Origin: an uncultured Gammaproteobacteria bacterium
GTDB taxonomy: Bacteria; Patescibacteriota; Patescibacteriia; UBA9934
NCBI GenBank assembly: GCA_964599455.1
Contig: CAZREA010000002.1
Location: 51,810 to 115,809 of the forward strand
Reading direction: 5' to 3'
Length of the DNA: 64,000 nucleotides
Under the pieces are notes generated by a model, which worked only from the letters and a program-made list of their open reading frames with translations, searched no databases and had not been told where the DNA came from. Shown one piece after another: positions 9,558 through 17,279 of this stretch (within the stretch, counting starts at the first letter, position 1; each line of letters starts with the position of its first letter). The position numbers and the translations under genes were made by a program.

Positions 9558-9737
9558 AATAAATGAGCATATCGTATAACCTAAATAAAATCCACATCTA
9601 TTGAACTAATATCGTATTTTCTTGCTTATATTAGCTATTTGTATATTTCTTCTTTTGTAGAATACTTATCTACAACATTCATCCACAGTGTGGATATCTT
9701 CTTCCTCACTCATGTGCAAAACTAGAAAGAGCTCCTT

Positions 9738-10118
9738 ATGAAATCCTCCATCACCCACTACAACAAGCTCATCCGTGACAATATTCCTGCAAAGATGGAC
9801 AAAAAAGGTATTGGATATGAGGCACGAAAATTGTCGGCTAAAGAATATGAACAGGAACTTTTGAAAAAAGTCAGCGAAGAAGCAAGCGGTGTCGCACAGG
9901 CAAAAACGAAAAGCGAGATTATCGCTGAGCTCGCCGATCTTTTGGACGTCATCGACGAAGTGAAGCGCTTAAAAAATATTAAGCCGAGCGAGCTCAAGAA
10001 CGCACAAAAAGAAAATACCAAACGCAAAGGTGGATTCAAGAAGCGTCTTTTCTTACTCTGGTCATCCAATGCAGATGGCTATAAAACAAATAAGAAGACG
10101 AGTACAAAAAAGAAATAA
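9738..10118 (+). CDS. All-alpha NTP pyrophosphohydrolase (MazG/PRA-PH-like)
   Basis: YNKLIRDNIP, KVSEEASGV, ELADLLDV, KRKGGFKKRLFL. Confidence 0.8.
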   Translation: MKSSITHYNKLIRDNIPAKMDKKGIGYEARKLSAKEYEQELLKKVSEEASGVAQAKTKSEIIAELADLLDVIDEVKRLKNIKPSELKNAQKENTKRKGGFKKRLFLLWSSNADGYKTNKKTSTKKK

Positions 10119-10120
10119 GA

Positions 10121-10152
10121 AAAGACTCCTCGCATATCACGAGGAGTTTTTT
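10121..10152. terminator. Terminator between convergent genes
   Basis: ACTCCTCG-loop-CGAGGAGT followed by a T run. Confidence 0.6.
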
Positions 10153-10421
10153 TATTCACGATCTCTTGTTCGAACAATTTCAATAACCTTTTTAATCCCG
10201 TCAGCAATACCGGATACCATGGCCAAATTACCATCAAATTTTCGTTTCATGGAAAGCACCGCATCCTCAAGTTCAAAAACCTTTTGCTTTACCTCATCAA
10301 CCAGTCCGTGCACATGACGAATAAGAACCGCGGCTTGATACATGAGCCAGCACAGGAATGCCGTAAACCACAGCGCGCAGAAAGCGAGGACGATGAATAA
10401 GATGTCGCGGGATTCGAGCAT
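10152..10421 (-). CDS. Small membrane protein (DUF948-like)
   Basis: N-terminal TM helix followed by coiled coil, 89 aa. Confidence 0.65.
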   Translation of the reverse strand: MLESRDILFIVLAFCALWFTAFLCWLMYQAAVLIRHVHGLVDEVKQKVFELEDAVLSMKRKFDGNLAMVSGIADGIKKVIEIVRTRDRE

Positions 10422-10535
10422 AGGGAAAAATGGATATTACGGATTGAGGCGGATAGAAACGGATGTGAGAAGGCTTCTAAGAAAATGATAACATGAAAAG
10501 AAAGGCTCAGCAGAACAGATGCCTCCTGACGCTTG

Positions 10536-10555
10536 CCCTGAGCAACTGCGAAGGG
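10536..10555 (+). repeat. 20-bp CCCTGAGC-N4-GCGAAGGG hairpin repeat, intergenic copy
   Basis: Same motif at 56427-56446 (+) and 20071-20090 (-). Confidence 0.8.
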
Positions 10556-10575
10556 TCGGGATGACAAACGAATCT

Positions 10576-13038
10576 CTACCCCCTCACCTCAGCGTCAAAC
10601 TTCACTTTCATCGCTTCCAGGATACCGCGAATCGTTGTCTCTACTTCTTCTGAGGTAAGCGTTCGGTCAGATGTACCAAAAGTGAACGAGAAGGTCAGGC
10701 TCTTTTGTCCATCCGTAACTCCTTTTCCGCGATAGATTTCGATAAGATCAACATCTCGCACGAGTGGCTGTTTCTGCAAAAGCGTGATGATGTCGGCGTA
10801 CTCAATGCGTTCAGGCAAAGCAAATGAAAGGTCGCGTTGCACCGTTGGAAAGGCAGAAACAGGAGCATATGAACGCCGCTGTTTCATGAACGGAATACAA
10901 CGTTCGATATCCAACACACAGGCAAACACCGGGCGCACAATACCAAATGCATCTTGGTTGGCTAATGCAACTTGTCCGATGAAACCGATCTCCGTTTTTT
11001 CATTTCCTAATTGCGCAATGATTTTTGCCGATCGGCCTGGATGCCAAGGAAGTTGATCGGCTATGCGTTCAAGCGATATTCGCAAACCTGTCCTTTGCGC
11101 AACAACACTCAACGCTCCACGGATACGACGAAACGCTTGTTCAGGATCTTTAGCACCATACGTTGCAAACACAAGCTGCATGCGCTCGTCGGGAATATCG
11201 TTTTCGCGATAAAGATAGATACGAGAGAGCTCAAATACATCCGCAGCTGCTTCGACCATTTCATTCTTGACAATATCGCGCAACACAGACGGCATCAGGC
11301 TAGTACGCAAATAACCCAAATCTTCCGACAACGGGTTCCAAACTTTGATCGCTTCAACGGGAGATAAACCGTAGCGTTCAAGATCTTTCGCCTCAATAAA
11401 AGAGTATCCGAAAAATTCCGTGAATCCTTCTTCGGCAAGCATGCGCTTTATCCGCCCTTCCCATACGAGCGACACATCATCGACATATGCTGGCGGTGGT
11501 GCAGTCGGCAATTCACACGGCATGTGGTGATAGCCATACATGCGAGCGACCTCCTCAGTGAGATCTACCTCGTGTTCGATATCATGATCGCGCCAATACG
11601 GAACAGTAGCGGTCACACGAGATCCATTCACTGAAAGAATAAAACCAAGACGTTCAAGGATCTTCTTCATCTCATCATCTGAAATACTCACTCCAATACG
11701 ATCACAGATCTTTTTAAACAATACCGGGTACGATTGCGTTTTATATGCAGCTGCTCGAACATCAATCGGAGCACTTGCAAGCCTACCGCCCGCGATTTCG
11801 GTTGCGAGTTTGACCGCATACGCAAGCGCAGCCGGAAGCGCTTCGGTTGAGAGTCCTTTTTCAAATAATAACTGTGAATCAGAATAAAGATTCAGTTCAC
11901 GTGCGGTCTTGCGAACGGAAACCGGCTCGAATGTCGCCGCTTCAAACACCACGATGCTCGTCGCATCAGTCGTGCCGCTTTCCTGTCCGCCCATAACTCC
12001 AGCGACGGCAATGGGCTTGTCAGCATCGGCAATCACCAAATGCTTAGTTTGCAATTGATAGGTCTTGCCATCAAGTGCAACGAGAGATTCACCTTTTTGT
12101 GCTTTGCGCACAATAATTTGCTTGCCAGAGAGTTTCTCGCCATCAAAAGCGTGCAAAGGCTGACCGAATTCGTGCAAAACAAGATTCGTAATATCGACAA
12201 TATTGTTGATGGGTCGATGTCCGGCCATGAGGAGTTTTTTTTGCAGCCACCATGGAGATGGACCGACTTTAACCCCTTCAACCACAGCAGCCATGTAGCG
12301 TGGGCAGAGTTTGGGATCTTGGATGGTAACGGATAGTGACGGATTGGCAACGGATGGGACGGACCCTCCTACGCTCTCACCAGCACTTGAGCTTCGGAGG
12401 GCAGGTAAAACGGATTGCGGATCTTGTTGCAAAAGATGCGCCTGATATGTCCCCGATACCGCTGCAGCGCATTCTCGAGCAAGACCGGCGATGCCCATGC
12501 AGTCTGGACGATTCGTTGTTACTTCGATATCAAAAATGACATCATCAAGCTCAAGCGCTTGAGCAATTGGGGTTCCAGCCGCAGCATTGGTGAGCGTTGT
12601 CAGATCCCAAATTTCTCTTTCAGCGCACGCAAGTTTTTCAAATCCCACTTCAACGGAAGCACAAATCATACCTACGCTTTTCACGCCACGGATCTCAGTC
12701 TCGGCGAGTTCAACGAGATCGCCTTCGCCATGCCATTTCACTTTTGATCTGGGAAGTGCAACAAAAACTCTTTGTCCTTCGTATAAATTTGTTCCTCCAC
12801 ACACAATTTCAACCGTCTTCTCGCCAATATCAGTAACGGCAATACGCAACTTGTTTGCATTAGGATGTGCTTTCAGTTCCTTAATAACACCCACGACCAT
12901 GTGCGCAAATCGCTCAGCGACGTTGTCGATATGTTCTACCGACATCGACCGAAGACTGACTTCTTTGGCGAAGTCTTGCGGCGAGAGATCGGTTTGAAGG
13001 TATTCTTTTAACCAAGAGTAAGAAGCGAGGATGTTCAT
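10576..13038 (-). CDS. pheT: Phenylalanyl-tRNA synthetase beta subunit (with in-frame repeat insertion)
   Basis: HPNANKL, TTNRPDC, NNIVDITN, GQPLHAFD, DLTEEVAR, RDLSF anticodon-binding domain. Confidence 0.97.
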   Translation of the reverse strand: MNILASYSWLKEYLQTDLSPQDFAKEVSLRSMSVEHIDNVAERFAHMVVGVIKELKAHPNANKLRIAVTDIGEKTVEIVCGGTNLYEGQRVFVALPRSKVKWHGEGDLVELAETEIRGVKSVGMICASVEVGFEKLACAEREIWDLTTLTNAAAGTPIAQALELDDVIFDIEVTTNRPDCMGIAGLARECAAAVSGTYQAHLLQQDPQSVLPALRSSSAGESVGGSVPSVANPSLSVTIQDPKLCPRYMAAVVEGVKVGPSPWWLQKKLLMAGHRPINNIVDITNLVLHEFGQPLHAFDGEKLSGKQIIVRKAQKGESLVALDGKTYQLQTKHLVIADADKPIAVAGVMGGQESGTTDATSIVVFEAATFEPVSVRKTARELNLYSDSQLLFEKGLSTEALPAALAYAVKLATEIAGGRLASAPIDVRAAAYKTQSYPVLFKKICDRIGVSISDDEMKKILERLGFILSVNGSRVTATVPYWRDHDIEHEVDLTEEVARMYGYHHMPCELPTAPPPAYVDDVSLVWEGRIKRMLAEEGFTEFFGYSFIEAKDLERYGLSPVEAIKVWNPLSEDLGYLRTSLMPSVLRDIVKNEMVEAAADVFELSRIYLYRENDIPDERMQLVFATYGAKDPEQAFRRIRGALSVVAQRTGLRISLERIADQLPWHPGRSAKIIAQLGNEKTEIGFIGQVALANQDAFGIVRPVFACVLDIERCIPFMKQRRSYAPVSAFPTVQRDLSFALPERIEYADIITLLQKQPLVRDVDLIEIYRGKGVTDGQKSLTFSFTFGTSDRTLTSEEVETTIRGILEAMKVKFDAEVRG
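12359..12415 (+). repeat. 57-bp palindromic element inside pheT
   Basis: 53/57 identical to the reverse complement of 56488-56544; related copy at 20051-20119. Confidence 0.85.
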
Positions 13039-13039
13039 A

Positions 13040-14116
13040 CTAAAACTGTTTCAGGAACCGCAAATCATTGCGATACAAAATACGAATATCATCAACATTC
13101 ACACCACTCTTCATCATAAGTGTCCGTTCAACGCCCCAACCAAAGGCAAAGCCGTTGTACTTTTTAGGATCAAGTCCGCCCGCTTTGAGCACGTTGGGGT
13201 GGACCATACCGGCGCCGCCAAGTTCGAGCCAGCCACCTTTGCAAAGTTTACATTTCACACCTTTCACAAATCCTTCCCCTTTGCAAACATCGCAGGAAAT
13301 ATCGAGCTCGAAGCTTGGTTCGGTAAAGCGAAAATGATAGGGGCGTAAACGGGTTTTGGTTTTTTCTCCAAAAAACCGCTTCACAAAGAAATCGAAAACG
13401 CCACGTAATTGGGTAACCGTTACTTTCTCATCAATCATTAATCCCTCAAATTGATGAAACATAGGAAGATGACGAGCAGTTGCTTGCCGACGGTAACACT
13501 TTCCAATCGAAATCATACGAATGGGCATACGTTCTTTTTCCATTTCTCGAACCTGACCATTACTCGTGTGCGGCGTGAGAACAATCTTCCCCTTTGCACC
13601 GGTCATGACTTTTCCGTGATGATCATCGATAAAAAACGTTTCCCAATCATCGCGCGCCGGATGTTCTTTTGGCATGTTGAGTGACTCGAAGGCGTAGTAA
13701 TCCCAATCAACTTCCGGATGACGAGAACGAACAAATCCCAATTTATAAAAAATAGAAGAAATCTCTTCAATTGCTTGAGAGGTGAGGTGGAGATGGCCGT
13801 TTTGTGATGGTGCAGGTGGTAACGTCACATCAAGCCATTCGCTCGCAGCAAGATCGGGAGATTGACCGGCAAGTAAACGAGCTTTGGCCGCTTCATACGC
13901 ACCTTCGAGGCCAGCTTTGAGGGCATTTGCTTTTGGCCCCGCAATGCGCTTTTGCTCGGGAGTAAGTGCACCAAGAATACCCATCGCATCAGCAAGTTTA
14001 CCCTTGCGCCCCATGTAAGAAATACGAAGCTCCTCCAATGCTTCAGATGAGGTTACATCAGCAAATTGGGCAATTGCCTCTTTTTCAAGAAGCTCCCAGG
14101 TGTGCAAATAATCCAT
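13040..14116 (-). CDS. pheS: Phenylalanyl-tRNA synthetase alpha subunit
   Basis: HPARD, HTS, FHQFEG, FRFTEPS, GAGMVHPNV, GFAFGWGVER. Confidence 0.98.
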   Translation of the reverse strand: MDYLHTWELLEKEAIAQFADVTSSEALEELRISYMGRKGKLADAMGILGALTPEQKRIAGPKANALKAGLEGAYEAAKARLLAGQSPDLAASEWLDVTLPPAPSQNGHLHLTSQAIEEISSIFYKLGFVRSRHPEVDWDYYAFESLNMPKEHPARDDWETFFIDDHHGKVMTGAKGKIVLTPHTSNGQVREMEKERMPIRMISIGKCYRRQATARHLPMFHQFEGLMIDEKVTVTQLRGVFDFFVKRFFGEKTKTRLRPYHFRFTEPSFELDISCDVCKGEGFVKGVKCKLCKGGWLELGGAGMVHPNVLKAGGLDPKKYNGFAFGWGVERTLMMKSGVNVDDIRILYRNDLRFLKQF

Positions 14117-14117
14117 A

Positions 14118-15209
14118 CTACATGACTAAGCGAACGATATCGCGATAGGTTACCAATACCACAATCAGCAACAGCAAGGCAAAACCCGCAGCATGGACGG
14201 TATGTTCAATTTTGGCAGTGAGTGGTTTGCGGCGAATGGCTTCGATGAGAAGGAAGACCACGCGACCGCCATCAAGCGCCGGGAACGGCAAAATGTTCAA
14301 CACCGCCAAATTCACCGACAACATCGCCGCGAATTGCAACAAATGAATCCAGCCTAAATCGAGAATTTGTCCTGTCAGTGCTGCAATTCCAACCGGGCCA
14401 GAGAGTTGTGCGGCAACATCTTTCTTTTCTAACAATCCGGTGAGAAGTCCCCAAAAACCCGAAACGACACCTGCAGTCATGCCGATAGTCGTTTGCGCAC
14501 CCTTTACGGGAGCAAGATACCAGGGATAGCGAATACTTCCCGTTTCGACCAATGCCACGCCCACTCCTTCGTGCTGCAATTCTTCGAGCATGGCAGGCGT
14601 TACATTTATCGTCTTTGTATCTTCACCACGAAGAATGACAAATTCAATCGGCGAGCCGTCGATATTCGGTGAAAGCGCCGCACGCGCATCTTGTCCGGAC
14701 GTAAATTCCTGACCATCAATACGCACTACCTTATCGCCGGCCAATAATCCCTCGGTTGCTGCAGGAGAATTTTTCAGAACTTCAACGATATGAATGGCGC
14801 GATCACTCACGATGGCACCATCCTCTACCCCATCTTCCAATAACGATGGCAAACCGATACCAAATCCAACCGTAAACAATACCCAGGCCAAAATGAGGTT
14901 CATGACCACACCACCCACCAACACACCGAAACGCCATGGAATACTCTTGGTCGCAAACGATCCCGCCGAGAATCGATCTGTTTCATCAGGACCTTCTCCT
15001 TTAATACGCACAAAACCACCAAGCGGAATAGCATTTACCGACCACAACGTGCCATTTTTATCTTTTTTACCAAAAATCTTCGGCGGAAATCCGATCCCAA
15101 ACTCTTCAACCGTCATCCCGGCTTTGCGAGCCATGAAGTAATGGCCGAATTCGTGACCAACGACAAGAACGGAGAGGATAAAAAGAAAGACGAGGATGGT
15201 GAGCAACAT
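14118..15209 (-). CDS. rseP: RIP metalloprotease RseP (M50, PDZ)
   Basis: HEFGH, PLGGFV, PDZ domain, NILPFPALDGG. Confidence 0.95.
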   Translation of the reverse strand: MLLTILVFLFILSVLVVGHEFGHYFMARKAGMTVEEFGIGFPPKIFGKKDKNGTLWSVNAIPLGGFVRIKGEGPDETDRFSAGSFATKSIPWRFGVLVGGVVMNLILAWVLFTVGFGIGLPSLLEDGVEDGAIVSDRAIHIVEVLKNSPAATEGLLAGDKVVRIDGQEFTSGQDARAALSPNIDGSPIEFVILRGEDTKTINVTPAMLEELQHEGVGVALVETGSIRYPWYLAPVKGAQTTIGMTAGVVSGFWGLLTGLLEKKDVAAQLSGPVGIAALTGQILDLGWIHLLQFAAMLSVNLAVLNILPFPALDGGRVVFLLIEAIRRKPLTAKIEHTVHAAGFALLLLIVVLVTYRDIVRLVM

Positions 15210-15250
15210 ATAGATAAAATAATATCAGGAAAACAGTAGCATTCACAAAT

Positions 15251-16243
15251 TCATAATCCTTTCGTAAGGTTCATACCGCTTGTGATATGACGAATGGTCG
15301 AGGTGAGCCTGTAGGCATTCGCATAAGTACAAAGACCTAAATAAGAGCTCACATTCTTTTTCGTCACTCGTCGAACCATCCTGTGCGCAGTATCAGGACG
15401 TATGATCGTTGCATAGGGGAGAAGAATATAACCAAGGAAGTCAAAACCCTGCGTCCAGGTACGAACATGTATTTTATCTGGATGTAATTCGATCTTGAGA
15501 TTCTTACGAAGAAAAGCATCGACCTGCCCTGCTAATGCAAATCCTTTCTTTCGAGAAGAGGTGAGCATAATAAAATCGTCACAATAACGAAGATACTGTT
15601 TTACTCTGAGCGTTTGTTTTACATACCAATCAAGCTCGTGAAGATATACATTGGCAAATAATTGACTCGTAAGGTTGCCAAGAGGAATTCCTGTTCCGGG
15701 CGACACGGAAAAACTTGTAACGATATTACGCAGTAATGTCATTACGCGCGGGTCCGATATCCGTTTGGAGAGAAGCTGGAGCAGAATGACATGATTGATT
15801 GACGCAAAAAATTTTCGTACGTCACACTTTATCGCATGTATGGTTTTTGTATTGTTCTTTGATGTTTGGTGAGCGAACTTTCGCAACCTTCGTACTGCAG
15901 CATGAGTACCCTTACCAACTCTACACGAATAGCTGTCATGAATAAACCGTTCCTCAAATAACGGTTCGATAACATTGACAATGGCCTGATGAACAACTCT
16001 ATCCTTTACCTCTGCTTTATGGATTATCCGCTCCTTTGGGTCGTGAATGGAAAAGGCTTGATAAGGGCGGTGGCGATAGCTACCCGAAATAAGCTCTTCT
16101 CGTATTGCAAAAAGGTTGTCCTCAAGCCTCCGTTCGAATACCATGACGTCTTCACGAGTCCGCTTACCTTTACGAAAACGTTCCCACGCCAAAAGCAGAT
16201 TCTCAATCGATGCCAAGTGCTCGAATACATCGTTATTCCCCAT
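15251..16243 (-). CDS. DGR reverse transcriptase (true start may lie upstream across the G10 tract)
   Basis: DPKERII, DRVVHQA, DSYSCRVGKGTH, KCDVRKFF, GIPLGNLTSQLFANVYL (DGR-type SQ), RYCDDF; no maturase or HNH domain; adjacent to avd, TR and VR. Confidence 0.95.
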   Translation of the reverse strand: MGNNDVFEHLASIENLLLAWERFRKGKRTREDVMVFERRLEDNLFAIREELISGSYRHRPYQAFSIHDPKERIIHKAEVKDRVVHQAIVNVIEPLFEERFIHDSYSCRVGKGTHAAVRRLRKFAHQTSKNNTKTIHAIKCDVRKFFASINHVILLQLLSKRISDPRVMTLLRNIVTSFSVSPGTGIPLGNLTSQLFANVYLHELDWYVKQTLRVKQYLRYCDDFIMLTSSRKKGFALAGQVDAFLRKNLKIELHPDKIHVRTWTQGFDFLGYILLPYATIIRPDTAHRMVRRVTKKNVSSYLGLCTYANAYRLTSTIRHITSGMNLTKGL

Positions 16244-16265
16244 TCTATGAATGACACTATTTTCT

Positions 16266-16275
16266 CCCCCCCCCC
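16266..16275. repeat. C10/G10 homopolymer between the avd and RT in-frame starts
   Basis: tttctCCCCCCCCCCaggct. Confidence 0.9.
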
Positions 16276-16299
16276 AGGCTTAACCGAGAAGAGCGACAA

Positions 16300-16656
16300 T
16301 TGCTCCGCGGAGGTCCCGGCGATATTCCCATCGTTCATACGCTCTATGACACCTATGTTTTATGGAATGAAGTGTTAGAAAAGTTTCCTAAACTGCAACG
16401 TTACACGCTCGGTGAAAACTGTTCGCGATACTTACTCTGTACCCTCGAGCTTCTTCTCGCTGCCGCAACATTAGCAAGCCAAACAGAGAAATTGATAAAA
16501 CTGAAAGAAGCAAGCGCGAAGATTGATACCGTGAAACTCCTTGTACGACTCTGTAAAGATTGTAAATGCATAACCAATATCCACTATCTCAAAACCGAAT
16601 CCAAACTTATTGATATAGGAAAGATGTTGGGAGGATGGATAAAATCTGCAGGATAA
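16300..16656 (+). CDS. avd: DGR accessory variability determinant (four-helix bundle)
   Basis: FPKLQRYTLG, KIDTVKLLVRL, IGKMLGGWIK motifs; only a TTG start in frame unless the C tract slips. Confidence 0.9.
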   Translation: MLRGGPGDIPIVHTLYDTYVLWNEVLEKFPKLQRYTLGENCSRYLLCTLELLLAAATLASQTEKLIKLKEASAKIDTVKLLVRLCKDCKCITNIHYLKTESKLIDIGKMLGGWIKSAG

Positions 16657-16659
16657 GAG

Positions 16660-16683
16660 AAGGAGCGCCTTTCGGCGCTCCTT
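16660..16683 (-). promoter_or_regulatory. 10-bp stem/GAAA tetraloop hairpin between the TR 3' end and the avd stop
   Basis: Minus strand AAGGAGCGCC-GAAA-GGCGCTCCTT. Confidence 0.7.
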
Positions 16684-16699
16684 TGCCTTGATGAGAACT

Positions 16700-16832
16700 C
16701 CCGAGGGGAGGGACGGAGTAACCGGGGTTGTCGTTGCTCCGCCAATTGGCGTTCAGCTTGACCTTACCGGAATCGGTGTTGCGGTTCACAACCACCACGT
16801 TCTGCCACTCCTCGTTATCATTCTCGGGGACG
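16700..16832 (-). ncRNA. DGR template repeat (TR)
   Basis: 133-bp gapless match to 17283-17415 with 16 mismatches, all at TR adenines (minus strand); rich in AAC/AAT codons. Confidence 0.95.
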
Positions 16833-17203
16833 CCTCCCTTTACATCCCATTCTTCCAGGCCACCGGGTACAGACGCATCCAAGGCCAGCCGAATCTCCAG
16901 ACCCCTGGCTCGTACTGACCGTACCCTGAATTTTATGCGGAACCTGTCGCCGAATACAGGCTGGTTCCAAAATGGAATGCGGAGTGCTCGTCAATCCGCG
17001 CCGCACGCTCCGGCATTCAAGGGAAAACGGGATTCCGACGGCATATTGGGACTGCAAGAGATTTCGGCGATCCACCTTCGCCAAGGCTACGGTGGACGCA
17101 CTGGCCTACTTTCCGCTCACAGTTTACCAAAAAGTTGGACAAATAGAAGAGCGGCACCTGGGGAATACCGTCCTTCGTAGGAGGCAAAAACCAGATGCCG
17201 CGA

Positions 17204-17218
17204 GTCCGCTGCGCGGAC
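17204..17218 (-). promoter_or_regulatory. Candidate DGR target-recognition DNA hairpin downstream of VR
   Basis: GTCCGC-GCA-GCGGAC: GC-rich stem with C-GNA-G triloop, ~60 nt after the target stop. Confidence 0.55.
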
Positions 17219-17279
17219 GGACGGCCAAGGGACAAATCCCAAGGCCTCCGAGCGCCAAGCGTTCAAGTGCCGAGTATCA

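Noticed and set aside
9560-9737. Replication origin from ATCCACA DnaA-box-like sites
   Set aside because: Only about three imperfect boxes in a short divergent promoter region, and no dnaA/dnaN nearby.
15251-16243. RT as group II intron, retron or Abi RT
   Set aside because: No maturase/HNH extension or retron VTG motif; the SQ motif, avd and an A-specific TR/VR pair identify a DGR.
16607-16882. 91-aa ORF resembling the target C-terminus (possible paralogue)
   Set aside because: It is the template repeat read in frame; similarity stops at the TR edges and the ORF overlaps avd.
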